From contig CBDCWC010000003.1 of NCBI GenBank assembly GCA_965223295.1, positions 384,001-448,000 on the forward strand: a stretch of 64,000 bases of DNA. The letters run 5' to 3'. Of the stretch, positions 49,841-59,981 are shown one piece after another. A model generated the notes under the pieces. The model ran no database searches and was not told the DNA's origin. It worked only from the letters and a program-made list of their open reading frames with translations. Numbering within the stretch: position 1 is the stretch's first letter; the number at the start of each line of letters is the position of its first letter. Origin of the DNA: Nitrospirales bacterium. Lineage in GTDB: Bacteria; Nitrospirota; Nitrospiria; Nitrospirales; UBA8639. The position numbers and the translations under genes were made by a program.

Positions 49841-50059
49841 GAGCCTTCAGTTTGTCTAAAAGCTCTTCATAGCTTAGGTAGGCTCAGCAGCACGCTGCTG
49901 AAACGCCGCCAAATCTTCCTGATCTTCAGCCAGCGCTATGCGCACAGCATCATTGACAATCTCAGATACGGATCGGTGGGTATGCACAGCCTTGAGTCAT
50001 AGAGCTGCATGAAGATTTTCATCAAAGTAAAGAGTTGACCGTTTTGAGGTTGTGCCTAT
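49827..50059 (-). pseudogene. CopG/RHH antitoxin pseudogene
   Basis: KRSTLYFDENLHAAL*LKA...SVSEIVNDAVRIALAEDQEDL; internal stop and ATA at the start position. Confidence 0.8.
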
Positions 50060-50164
50060 GGAATTGCTACTTCTTTTAAAATATCATCCTAACACTGTAG
50101 CGCTTTAACGTTAATTTAAAAAAAATGGCTAAGCCGGATGTTGCTAATAAACAGGATAAGGTCC

Positions 50165-50497
50165 CTACTCAATGAGGGCAATGATTTTGGCTCGTACTTC
50201 TGCAAGTTCATCTTGAGAAACCATCCCTTTTCGCTTGGCTTTTCGGCTTCGCCAGTCAACGCTTTTCACCTGATCAGCCAGAACGACGCTTGCTGGATTA
50301 CCGGAAATGAAGACTTCAAACGGGTACTCTTTAATTTGAGTGGTAATAGGACAACAAATCATCAGGCTTGTTTTTTGGTTGTACGCTTTTGGGCTTAGCA
50401 CTAAAGCTGGACGGTGTCCTGCTTGTTCATGACCAGCTTGAGGCGTGAAATTCAACCAGACAATGTCGCCTGCTTGTGGGATGTAATTGGCTGGCAT
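50165..50497 (-). CDS. mazF: MazF endoribonuclease toxin
   Basis: GDIVWLNFTPQAGHEQAGHRPALVLS, CPITT, DQVKSVDW. Confidence 0.96.
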   Translation of the reverse strand: MPANYIPQAGDIVWLNFTPQAGHEQAGHRPALVLSPKAYNQKTSLMICCPITTQIKEYPFEVFISGNPASVVLADQVKSVDWRSRKAKRKGMVSQDELAEVRAKIIALIE

Positions 50498-50739
50498 TAC
50501 CAAGTTTCTTTACCTTGAGGTTCTCCAAAATCTACAGGTCGATGTAGGTTCTTATCCGTTATACCTTTAAGAAGGTTTTTAAGATCGTATTTTTTGGTAT
50601 GAATCGGTTCTATGACGATACATCCTTTCTCTTCCCGAATCATCACTTCTTCTTCAAGATTCAGAGAGGCCGCCTCGAGTACGTGAGAAGGAATGCGAAT
50701 GGCCGCACTGTTACCCCATTTTTTTACTATTGCTTTCAT
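50497..50739 (-). CDS. mazE: MazE/AbrB antitoxin
   Basis: KKWGNSAAIRIP; DFGEPQGKETW. Confidence 0.95.
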   Translation of the reverse strand: MKAIVKKWGNSAAIRIPSHVLEAASLNLEEEVMIREEKGCIVIEPIHTKKYDLKNLLKGITDKNLHRPVDFGEPQGKETW

Positions 50740-50835
50740 CTCAGTCTCCCTAGGTGGTTCAGCCCTATATAGTCATATATCATGGATTCAACAATGTTTC
50801 AACATTGTATACACAACGTTCACCGAAAGGAAAGG

Positions 50836-53410
50836 TCATTCGTAGCGTAGATCTTCTGCGATGGCTTGGCGGCTGACCCATCGTGCGGGAGCCCAGGCTC
50901 CAATCAATGCAGCAGCAAAGGCTACGAGTAAAGCCATCCCGATCGCTTCCCAAGCCAGCGTGTACTGAATAGTCCAGCCGAAGGATTGTTTGTTGATGAC
51001 TTTGATCAGCACCACCGATAAAGCCATACCCACTTCCAATGCCAACCACTGCCCCCAAACCAGCTAAATAACAAGATTCCCACACAATCAAACCTTGGAT
51101 TTGGTGACGACTCGCTCCGACCGCCCTCAATGTTGCCAATTCCCTTCGACGCTCAAGAATCGCGGTAAACAAGGTATTCATGATACCCAGCACGGCGACA
51201 CTTAAGGCAATGAATTCCAACACATAGGTGACGCGAAAGGTACGATCAAAAATATCCAAAATCTCCTGTTTGAGTTCCGCGTTGCTGATTGTCACGATAG
51301 GCATCTGATTCTTTAACGTATCTTCGATCTCCTGTCGAATTGCTGATAAATCTTGCCCTTTCTTTACATACACCGCAAAGACCGTCGCCGCATGCTCTCC
51401 CCATTTCTGCGCAAATAGTCCTTCATCCATTACCACCTTCCCGCCATCAGTCGCATAATCATAAAATATGCCTTTAACGAGAAACATCTCTATTCCTTTT
51501 GGCGTTTTTAATGACAATGAGTCACCCGCACCCATACCTAATCGTTTAGCCAACACTTCAGAAACAATGACCCCATCGTCTGCCACAACCTTGCCTAAGA
51601 TATCTGAAGACCTACCCTCCACAAACAAGTATTGACTGCGTCTAGCGTGGAGACGCATATCTCGTGCGACTAGGGCCACAGGCTGGCTTGCAGTTTCGGC
51701 ATTCATTTCCACATACGGATCCACGGCCTCGACTCCAGGAATCTCTCTCACCTGTGTCACTAGGTGCTGCGAAAGCCCTGTATTCTTACCCGAAGCCTCC
51801 GGTTCTTCTAGCCAAGAGGTAGGCGCAATAATCACATCCGCCATCAGCGTTTGCTCAATCCACAATTCCACCGTCTGTCGAAAACTCTGAATCATGATGC
51901 CCACACCCACTAAGATGGCCAACCCGACGACGATGGCCGCCATGGTGACACTCGTACGGCGAGGATTGCGCCCCATTTGCTCCGCAGCCAAAGCAGGCAA
52001 CAGACTCGAATCTGGCCCAAGCCAATGTTGCCTCAATCGGCAAAACCATTGCGACAACATAGGTCCAGCCGCCGCACCTCCCAGCAACAAACAAAAGGCA
52101 GCCGCATATCCGCCGATCGGAATACCTTGCACCGCGGGCATCTGGCTACATACCCCAGCTCCAATCAACGCAGTCAAGACCACCCATTTGGAGCCTTGGA
52201 CGCCCTGAACCTCTTCAATTTGGGATTGCCCGCCCGCAAGCGCCTGAACGGGAGCCATGGCACTTGCTTCCCGAGCTGGCCGGAGGGCTCCTAACAACGA
52301 CACACCTATCCCCAAACACAGGGCTTCTATCAGTAACGGGATGGGAATGGGACTGGCTAGCAAAGTGGTGATACCATAGAGCTCCCCGACGTTTGCTCCG
52401 ATCATGATGGTCAACCACCGGGCCAGGGCAACTCCAAGCCAACAACCCAAAATGCCACCCGCAGCGCCCAACACCCCCGCTTCCATGAGAAATACTGTAC
52501 TAACGGATTGTCGCTCCATCCCAAGCGAGCGGAGGATCCCGATTTCTTGTCGATGTTGCACGACGGAAAACGCCGTCGTGTTATAGACAAGAAAAATCCC
52601 AACCAATAAGCTGATGCCACTCAGCATTGTCAGATTCATTTGAAAGGCTCGGAGCATGGACTCGACTTGACGATTCCGTCGCGAAGACTGCCTCACCTGA
52701 ATCTTCTCAGGCAGAAGCGCTTGAAGCTCTTGGATGAGCGTAGAGGTTGCAGCGCCAGGTTTCGTGACAATCGCGATATGATGGAGCCTCCCCAAACTGT
52801 TAAACAACCATTGAGCCGAGGCAATGTCCATCAACACCTGATGGTGCACCCCACTGTGGAGGCTCAACGATTCCACAATCTTTCCGACAACCAGATCATG
52901 GACCTCGTTCTGAACCTTGACTGAGAATATTTGTCCTTGACGCACATCGAGTGAGTGCGCGAACTCTTCTCCGACAATCACCGTTCTCGGAGCAAAGATT
53001 CCGTCCCAATCATCATCCTGCCACGCACCACTAGAAGGCTGTACTCCCAAATCATGACCTTGCTCTAAGAGATCCATTCCCCAAATGAGAAGAGATTGTC
53101 CTGAGATAGGACCCTCCTGAATCTCACCTGTCATTTTGAGAATCGGACTGGCTGATTGAATGCCTGGATGTCGTTGAATCTTCTGCAAAATTTTCTCATC
53201 GATGCCATCAGATCCCCCAGAAACAGTTATGGCCGCATCCCCGACCACCGATTCTACGGACTCCTCAAAGGATTGATAAACCTCAGCATTCACCGCCCGA
53301 ATAGCGAGCCACGCAGACACACCAATCGCCACTCCCAGTACAGTTAGTAGGGCTCGGATAGGCCGATGACGCAGATGCTCAATGATGAGAAGAAGGAAAA
53401 CTCTGTACAT
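50836..53410 (-). CDS. FtsX/MacB-like ABC transporter permease (frameshift near 51040)
   Basis: Duplicated MacB-type halves (EIGILRSLG, ELATLRAVG); the true C-terminus VINKQSFGW...AEDLRYE is in ORF 50836-51045. Confidence 0.88.
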
Positions 53411-53482
53411 GGATACGGTTGTCCCAGAAGTGGGGCCTATGTTAAAACGACTACTCAAAAATGCGTGGGATGCTTACGAAAA

Positions 53483-53770
53483 ATGCCCAAAGATACTATT
53501 GAAGAACAGGATTCACTCGAACCCGTCTCAGAAGCCGGCTCTCACGGCCAAACGTTAACGGCTCGACAGAAAGAAATCCTCAGTTTGGTCGCGCAAGGTT
53601 GTACGAACCGGGAAATAGGACAACGATTAGATATTAGTGTACGAACCGTGGAAGTCCATCGATTTAACCTCATGCGTCGTTTACGAGTCAGGAACGTCGC
53701 TCAGCTCCTGAGACAAGCCATTGCGCTCAAGATTCTTCCGAAGGGTCCTTCACTCACCAACGTGTCATAG
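53483..53770 (+). CDS. LuxR-type HTH regulator
   Basis: LTARQKEILSLVAQGCTNREIGQRLDISVRTVEVHR. Confidence 0.92.
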   Translation: MPKDTIEEQDSLEPVSEAGSHGQTLTARQKEILSLVAQGCTNREIGQRLDISVRTVEVHRFNLMRRLRVRNVAQLLRQAIALKILPKGPSLTNVS

Positions 53771-53796
53771 TTTCCTTCGTTTCTTCCATCATCTCC

Positions 53797-54726
53797 TCAC
53801 TCGATTTCCTGAAGTTTTCCGCGACAGGCCAGTAATGATGGATACCCTTTTCGCTCCAGGCACTCAGCCACCTCCCGTACAAGCCGAGTAAACACACCAA
53901 CACCCTCCTCCATCAGAATGGTTCCAATTTGCACCGCAGAGGCTCCACAGAGCACATGCTCAAAGATATCAGTGCCACTCTCTACTCCGCCTGTTCCAAT
54001 GATCGGAATCTGATCACCCCAGATCTTCCAAAATGCTCGCACATTGGCCAATGCGACAGGCTTAATGATGCGCCCACCTAACCCGCCAAATCCTCCCTTG
54101 GGCTTAATCACCACCTGTTCGAGTTCAGAGTCTACAACAAGGGTATTCCCCACGGAATTAATCACGGTGACAAAGGCCACGCCAACTTGTTGCAACACTT
54201 CAGCAATTTTTTGATGGTGAATGGGATCGAAATACGGAGGAAGCTTCACGCCAAAAGGAATGGAGAAAATTTTTTGTATCTCACGCAACAACCGCTCTGT
54301 TTCCTCAAAATCATAGCCAATTTGCGGTTTGCCGTGAATATTGGGACAAGACAAATTCACTTCCACTAAATCAGGGCTTGCGGCGTTGAGGGCTTTTGCT
54401 CCTTCAAGAAAATCGTCAGGTTTGAGCCCTGCCAAACTGGCAACTACTGGTTTTTTAAATCGCTTGAGTTCCGGAATGAGCTGCGCATAGGCCGGATATC
54501 CAAGATTGGGCAGACCCATAGAATTAATCGATCCCCCATCAATCGCCACATACCGCGGGAGAGGATTCCCCTCACGCGCCAGAGGCGTCATCGATTTTGT
54601 CACAATCGCTCCGGCATCCGAATTTCCTAATGCCTCTAGTTCGGCCTGCGTGACACACAAGGCTCCGGAAGCATTCATGAGCCCTACCGGAAAGACCACA
54701 CCTGCAACACGTGTTGAAAGATCCAT
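53797..54726 (-). CDS. pyrD: Dihydroorotate dehydrogenase, class 1A
   Basis: MNASG, INSMGLPN, NLSCPN (catalytic Cys), KLPPYFD, FGGLGG. Confidence 0.93.
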   Translation of the reverse strand: MDLSTRVAGVVFPVGLMNASGALCVTQAELEALGNSDAGAIVTKSMTPLAREGNPLPRYVAIDGGSINSMGLPNLGYPAYAQLIPELKRFKKPVVASLAGLKPDDFLEGAKALNAASPDLVEVNLSCPNIHGKPQIGYDFEETERLLREIQKIFSIPFGVKLPPYFDPIHHQKIAEVLQQVGVAFVTVINSVGNTLVVDSELEQVVIKPKGGFGGLGGRIIKPVALANVRAFWKIWGDQIPIIGTGGVESGTDIFEHVLCGASAVQIGTILMEEGVGVFTRLVREVAECLERKGYPSLLACRGKLQEIE

Positions 54727-54732
54727 CTGTGC

Positions 54733-55395
54733 TTACTCCAACTGTCCATCTCGAATAGTGACTACGCGATCCGCTGCTTGCGCCGCATGTATCGAATGGG
54801 TCGCCAAGAGTACCGTTTGGCCAAACTCTTGGGCACATTGACGAAGTAAGGAGACGATGTGCTTACCCGTCGATTCATCTAAATTTCCGGTCGGTTCATC
54901 AGCTACAATCAATCTCGGGCGATGCACAAATGCACGAGCGATCGCCACGCGTTGTTGTTCGCCTCCAGACAACTCATGCGAACGATGCCCCAGCCGATGC
55001 TCCATCCCAACTTTCTGTAACATCTCCACAACTTGGGTCTTTACGGCAGTACTGACCATGCCCCGAAGACGTAAGGGCAATGCCACATTTTCTTCAATCG
55101 TTAACCCTGGAATAAGATGAAAGGCTTGAAAGACCATCCCAATTTTTTCCCGACGCCACTGGGTCCATTCCTGATCACCAAAAGCCGCACAAGAATACCC
55201 ATCCAACATGATGTCGCCAGAGGTCACCCAATCAAGACCAGCCACTAAATGCAAGAGCGTACTTTTCCCACTCCCACTTGGACCCATAAGCGCACAAAAC
55301 TCACCTTGCGAAATACTAAGGCTCAGGTCCCGTAGAGCCATGATAGGTATCGCATTCCGTCGGTATTCCTTACATACATGCTGACATTGAATCAT
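54733..55395 (-). CDS. ABC transporter ATP-binding protein (LolD/MacB-like)
   Basis: GPSGSGKST, LSGGEQQ, ADEPTGNLD. Confidence 0.96.
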   Translation of the reverse strand: MIQCQHVCKEYRRNAIPIMALRDLSLSISQGEFCALMGPSGSGKSTLLHLVAGLDWVTSGDIMLDGYSCAAFGDQEWTQWRREKIGMVFQAFHLIPGLTIEENVALPLRLRGMVSTAVKTQVVEMLQKVGMEHRLGHRSHELSGGEQQRVAIARAFVHRPRLIVADEPTGNLDESTGKHIVSLLRQCAQEFGQTVLLATHSIHAAQAADRVVTIRDGQLE

Positions 55396-55551
55396 GAAGG
55401 CATCTTTACCACAGACCTACTCTGAGAAAACCATAGTATGGCTCAGGACAGTAGAAGCCCTTTTCGTATATCATACTCATACCTACCCGACCAAGGAGGG
55501 ATCGTAGGTATGTACGTTCCATTGCACCCTCATCCAGCCAACAAGGTCGGC

Positions 55552-56295
55552 ATGAACCAATACTCTTTCCCTCCGTCCCTTCTGAGAAAATGTCTCCACA
55601 CATTATTTCCAGCTAACTGCGCGAGTTGCGATACACGATTATGGGATGATCTTGTTCCATTTATCTGCCAAGCCTGCTGGGAAACGGTTACGAAAATTTC
55701 AGGACCATGCTGTACACATTGCGGTGTCCCATTTCATTCATCTTCTGCCTTACAGCACAGTCCAACCCATACATGCGGATCTTGTCGAACAAAACCCCCA
55801 GCCTTTGCCCAAACCTGGAGTCTCTTCCCCTACCAATCTCCACTCAAGGAAGCGATCGTCTTATTCAAATATCGTGGGAAACGTTCACTGACAAGACCAT
55901 TGTTGCAAGCCATGATTTCTGTGCTACCGACACTACCAACTCTTGATCTACTCATGCCAGTTCCGCTCCATCCACAACGCTTACGCGAACGTGAATATAA
56001 TCAATCAGCCTTATTGGCGCATAGGCTGAGTCAACACCTCAAGATTCCTTTACTTCTATCCTGTCTTCTCCGCACGCGAGCCACTGTGCCGCAAACGTCG
56101 CTCACGAGAAAAGAACGTCTCACAAACCTTCGCAAGGCGTTTGCCATCAGAGATGTCTCTCGCATCAAAGATCAACGCATCCTTTTGATTGACAATGTCT
56201 TCACTACCGGCACCACACTTCATGAATGCGCCAAAACCCTTCGGAAAGCCGGTTCCGGTCCCGTCTATGGGTTAACCTTAGCTCGCATGCTGTAA
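55552..56295 (+). CDS. comF: ComF family protein
   Basis: N-terminal Cys pairs, PVPLH..RLRER.YNQ, LIDNVFTTGTT PRT motif. Confidence 0.9.
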   Translation: MNQYSFPPSLLRKCLHTLFPANCASCDTRLWDDLVPFICQACWETVTKISGPCCTHCGVPFHSSSALQHSPTHTCGSCRTKPPAFAQTWSLFPYQSPLKEAIVLFKYRGKRSLTRPLLQAMISVLPTLPTLDLLMPVPLHPQRLREREYNQSALLAHRLSQHLKIPLLLSCLLRTRATVPQTSLTRKERLTNLRKAFAIRDVSRIKDQRILLIDNVFTTGTTLHECAKTLRKAGSGPVYGLTLARML

Positions 56296-56373
56296 AAACT
56301 TTTTCCCTCTTTTCAATTCACTGGATTTACGGTATATACAGGGTTTATTCAGACCCTCGGGGGCCTCAATCTC

Positions 56374-56724
56374 ATGCCTATCTATGAATTTCTCTGTGAA
56401 GACTGCCGAAAGCACAGTACGTATTTAATTCTTCAGGGCCACTCCTCCACGCTATCCTGCAAGCATTGCAAGAGCCAACAATTGGAACGCATCATGTCAC
56501 GCTTTGCATCCCCAAAATCCGAAGAGGCCCGCATGGAAGCCCTGGCCGATCCCAGTAACTTTGGGGACGTCGATGAAAACGACCCCAAAAGCATGGCTCG
56601 TTTCATGAAAAAGATGGGCAAGGAAATGGGAGAAGACATGGGGGAAGATTTTGAAGAAGCGATGGAATCAATGGGAGAGGGTGGCCAGGAAGAGGACAGT
56701 ATGAGTCTTCCCGATATGGGTTGA
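56374..56724 (+). CDS. FmdB-family zinc ribbon protein
   Basis: MPIYEFLCEDC...CKHC; acidic Met-rich tail. Confidence 0.9.
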   Translation: MPIYEFLCEDCRKHSTYLILQGHSSTLSCKHCKSQQLERIMSRFASPKSEEARMEALADPSNFGDVDENDPKSMARFMKKMGKEMGEDMGEDFEEAMESMGEGGQEEDSMSLPDMG

Positions 56725-56906
56725 AGCAATCGTCATAAGATGTGAAATACCTAGGCAAACAGACGAAATGTCCACACCTACTATAGAAAGTGGTGTCTTA
56801 AAATGGAACACCCAAGGTGGACAACACCACTTGACTTTTTTTCATCTTTGAGTAAGCTACACTGTAGTTTTTAATACCAGTCTTTCCAGAAAAATCGACT
56901 CTAGTC

Positions 56907-57353
56907 ATGAGTAACTTCGCCGGGCAATATTATTGCAAAATCGATGAAAAAGGCCGGTTTGTGGTGCCGACCCATATCAGAGAAGATATCGAGGTCAACG
57001 GCAATAGTCTCATGTTTCTCAAAGGCCAGGATCTGCCAGTCTTAGCCTACACCAAGCCTGAGTGGGATCATTGCCTCCAAAAAGCCAAAGACACACTAGA
57101 TGAAGACCAGCGTCGGCTGTTTATGTATCACATGGTCTCGGAAGCCACACCATCAGAAATGGACCGTGCGGGTCGAATTCTCATTCCTAGCCGGTTACGG
57201 AAACTCATTCCTGTCGATGATGATCAAGAAGTCGTCATTGTCGGCATGTTCCACCGCCTAGAAGTCTGGAACCCTTCGGAATGGCGCCTGTTTGCCCGCA
57301 AGAATGAGGAAGCCTACGAACAAAACCTGGGCAAAATCCAGGGTATCTTATAA
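56907..57353 (+). CDS. mraZ: MraZ-like transcriptional regulator
   Basis: Two AbrB-like halves IDEKGRFVVP / MDRAGRILIP, LEVW. Confidence 0.85.
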   Translation: MSNFAGQYYCKIDEKGRFVVPTHIREDIEVNGNSLMFLKGQDLPVLAYTKPEWDHCLQKAKDTLDEDQRRLFMYHMVSEATPSEMDRAGRILIPSRLRKLIPVDDDQEVVIVGMFHRLEVWNPSEWRLFARKNEEAYEQNLGKIQGIL

Positions 57354-57418
57354 GTCAAAGCGCTTCTGCTTTTACCCTCACTCGTTACACATCCTCTCAT
57401 CCTTTACTCCCTCTACAC

Positions 57419-58009
57419 GTGAGACCTATCCGAATCCCAGTGCTTCCCCAGCTTCAGCGAAGGAAGGGAAAAGGGGGGTTAGTGTTGATCACTCGTCGTT
57501 CCCAAGGGTCCCGAGCTTCTGCCAGTAGACAAGATTGGACAGGGTTAGGCGGCGACACCCTCGCTCCAAACGAACTATTTGTGGTGTTACCTCTACCACC
57601 CAGCATCAACCATCAATATGCTACCGTGAATGGGCGGCGAGTGCTTTCCTCTAAAGGGCGTCACTACAAACATGCTGTGGCAAAACATCTTGAAGCCATC
57701 CTGCACAGATCCCCCTACCGAGCAGATTTTTTTGAAGGTTTAGGGAGACATTCTCTCAGTCTCTCAATACGCTTCTATTTCAAAACAGCGTTGCGGCGAG
57801 ATTTAGACGGTGGGCTCAAAATCACGCAAGACGCCATCTGTCAAGCGATCAGTTTGAATGATAACCGGATCACCGAAATCCATCTGCACAAGGACTTAGA
57901 CACCGACCGCCCCAGAATCGAATGCACTCTGACCCTCCAACAACTTCTCTCCGTGAAACCCAAAACTTCTCGCCGACGGCTCAATGCCGTCCTTCCCCAA
58001 AATCACTAA
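57419..58009 (+). CDS. RusA-family Holliday junction resolvase-like protein
   Basis: LPLPPSIN, RRDLDGGLKITQDA, NDNRI; start uncertain. Confidence 0.82.
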   Translation: MRPIRIPVLPQLQRRKGKGGLVLITRRSQGSRASASRQDWTGLGGDTLAPNELFVVLPLPPSINHQYATVNGRRVLSSKGRHYKHAVAKHLEAILHRSPYRADFFEGLGRHSLSLSIRFYFKTALRRDLDGGLKITQDAICQAISLNDNRITEIHLHKDLDTDRPRIECTLTLQQLLSVKPKTSRRRLNAVLPQNH

Positions 58010-58026
58010 GCTGGCTTATTACTACA

Positions 58027-58110
58027 ATTAGGGGTCAGACTCGAATTAAATGGCGCGGGATGTACCTCATGTGCTCTATGGTTGGAATTAATTCGAGTCT
58101 GACCCCTAAT
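58027..58110. repeat. REPIN-like element, 23-bp inverted arms with 38-bp spacer
   Basis: attaggggtcagactcgaattaa ... ttaattcgagtctgacccctaat; same arms as at the Y1 transposase. Confidence 0.92.
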
Positions 58111-58128
58111 ACAAAAAATTAACGACAT

Positions 58129-58539
58129 TTATCGGGAGGCAAAGGCTCGGGAGAGGGAAGGGAGGATGACAGCCAGCGGATGTTTGAGATTGCGTTTGGG
58201 TTGTTTGGCCAGAGCAGGAAAGTAGAATCCCATTTTGCGTCCTATGCGATGTCGAACCATGCCGGGTAGCCAAATACAGTCGCCAAGATAATGGAGTTTG
58301 ACAGACACCTGAGCATCTACAGATATCGGCGGGACTTGGTCTTTGGTAAATTCAACAAGCATGCCCTGTGTACTGACATTGATCACCCGCCCCTTACAGA
58401 CCACGCCTTGGCCACAGCGAATCACCACCGGCAACACTTGTTTTGGCGTGACCGTTGCGCGTCTGACGGCTCGTCGATCTTTCTGCGGGACAGGAATGGG
58501 ACGGCGGGAATCCGTTTTAAGAAGCGTGGATTGTCTCAT
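58129..58539 (-). CDS. PilZ domain protein
   Basis: DRRAVRR (RxxxR) and NVSTQG (D/NxSxxG). Confidence 0.85.
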   Translation of the reverse strand: MRQSTLLKTDSRRPIPVPQKDRRAVRRATVTPKQVLPVVIRCGQGVVCKGRVINVSTQGMLVEFTKDQVPPISVDAQVSVKLHYLGDCIWLPGMVRHRIGRKMGFYFPALAKQPKRNLKHPLAVILPSLSRAFASR

Positions 58540-58907
58540 GACGATGAGTCCGACGAACCCTGTTCCAGCAATTCAAACACCTTCCAGGCTTCATCTTCAC
58601 TTTGGAACATAGGAATCCATTCATGAATTTCTGTCAATTCGAGGACATCTCGGACAAACCCCATCGGAGCAATAATGCCGAGTTTTCCTCCAATACGCTG
58701 AAAGCGCCGTTGCGCCAGCACCAGCCAACCTAAAGCCGCACTGTCGATAAATGAAACGGCAACCATATTCAACAATACAAACCGATAGCCTTCGGCAATG
58801 GTATAATCAATTCGCTGCTTAAAGTCTTGCCGGGCATGTTGGTCAAAACGGCCCACAAATGTTTCAACGACGGTCTGTTCACTGAGACTGCGTTCTGACA
58901 CGGCCAT
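58536..58907 (-). CDS. STAS domain anti-sigma-factor antagonist
   Basis: GRFD, VSFIDSAALG. Confidence 0.9.
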   Translation of the reverse strand: MAVSERSLSEQTVVETFVGRFDQHARQDFKQRIDYTIAEGYRFVLLNMVAVSFIDSAALGWLVLAQRRFQRIGGKLGIIAPMGFVRDVLELTEIHEWIPMFQSEDEAWKVFELLEQGSSDSSS

Positions 58908-58976
58908 ACATCCCTTTCTTTGATTAGGTCTTCTCCCCTGGTTATCGGCCAGAATCTAGGAACTCTTAACCGTTCG

Positions 58977-59167
58977 GGGTCTGTTGAAAAAAGCCGCCAG
59001 CGGCGTTCTCGCCATTTTTCCGTGCTCACGTAGGACTCGTACGCTCCGCGCGCAAACATGGCTGTGGCCTTGCTGGACGGACTTTTTTGAACAGACCCGA
59101 GGCCTCTGACATATAACACCACAGAGGCTAAATGTGGCCGTTGATATCATCATTATTCAACAGTCCC
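58977..59167 (-). mobile_element. ~190-bp MITE (degenerate TSD gttcg/attca)
   Basis: gggtctgttgaaaaa...ttattcaacagtccc. Confidence 0.88.
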
Positions 59168-59224
59168 ATTCAGAAAGATTTGGACGGGCTCTTCAATACC
59201 GAATACCGGTAAAACGGATAGTGC

Positions 59225-59878
59225 TTACCGGTTGGGAGAGAAACGAATGAGTAAATCATCCGCATATTGGAAAGGCGTATGCTGCTCAGGATGGCTGATA
59301 AACGGTCTCGTGATACGCAGGCGAATGGTGTGAGGACCCGCTTTCACACGATATCGGCCTTCAAAATGATGACGAAGAACTTTTCCATTCTCGATTGGTC
59401 CCATATCATGACTGGCAATAACGTGGTCATCCACGACCCACTCAAAACGGCCACCGGCTAAATTTCGTTTATCTTTTGGTGAATGATAGGTCACTGCGAT
59501 ATGAGCTGAGAGGTCGAGGCGTCCTATTTCGGTCGTGATCTGGACCAACACGCCCCCTCCCTGATCAGCTGCGTTTTCGGGGTCATATTGGACTTGCCCA
59601 ACTTGAAATTTGAGACTCTGAGACTCTTGGCCGTCTTTGAGCATGTCAAACGGAGTAACGATCGGCCAGCCATCTCCACCAATCGTGCCATTGGGCGTCA
59701 CAAACCTTTCCCAGGGAATCTTTTCTCCATGCTCAAAATTTGTCCGACTGAGTGTCGATGCCTCACCGATAGGCACGCTGGCCAGCACCAGAACTGTCCA
59801 TATCCAGGAGACTTTAAAGAAGGCAACCGGCGACAGTCGGTATGGCTTGATCATTTGCGCTCTTCTACGTTGATTCAT
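59225..59878 (-). CDS. Hypothetical exported protein
   Basis: 217 aa ORF with hydrophobic N-segment; beta-rich. Confidence 0.65.
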   Translation of the reverse strand: MNQRRRAQMIKPYRLSPVAFFKVSWIWTVLVLASVPIGEASTLSRTNFEHGEKIPWERFVTPNGTIGGDGWPIVTPFDMLKDGQESQSLKFQVGQVQYDPENAADQGGGVLVQITTEIGRLDLSAHIAVTYHSPKDKRNLAGGRFEWVVDDHVIASHDMGPIENGKVLRHHFEGRYRVKAGPHTIRLRITRPFISHPEQHTPFQYADDLLIRFSPNR

Positions 59879-59981
59879 TGGTCATCTTGGGTTCAGATTG
59901 TGATGTTTTATATAAAATAGGTGTTATTTCGCCAATTTCCACGGTATTATAAAAGGTTTTATCACCAAGGAGCCAATATTC

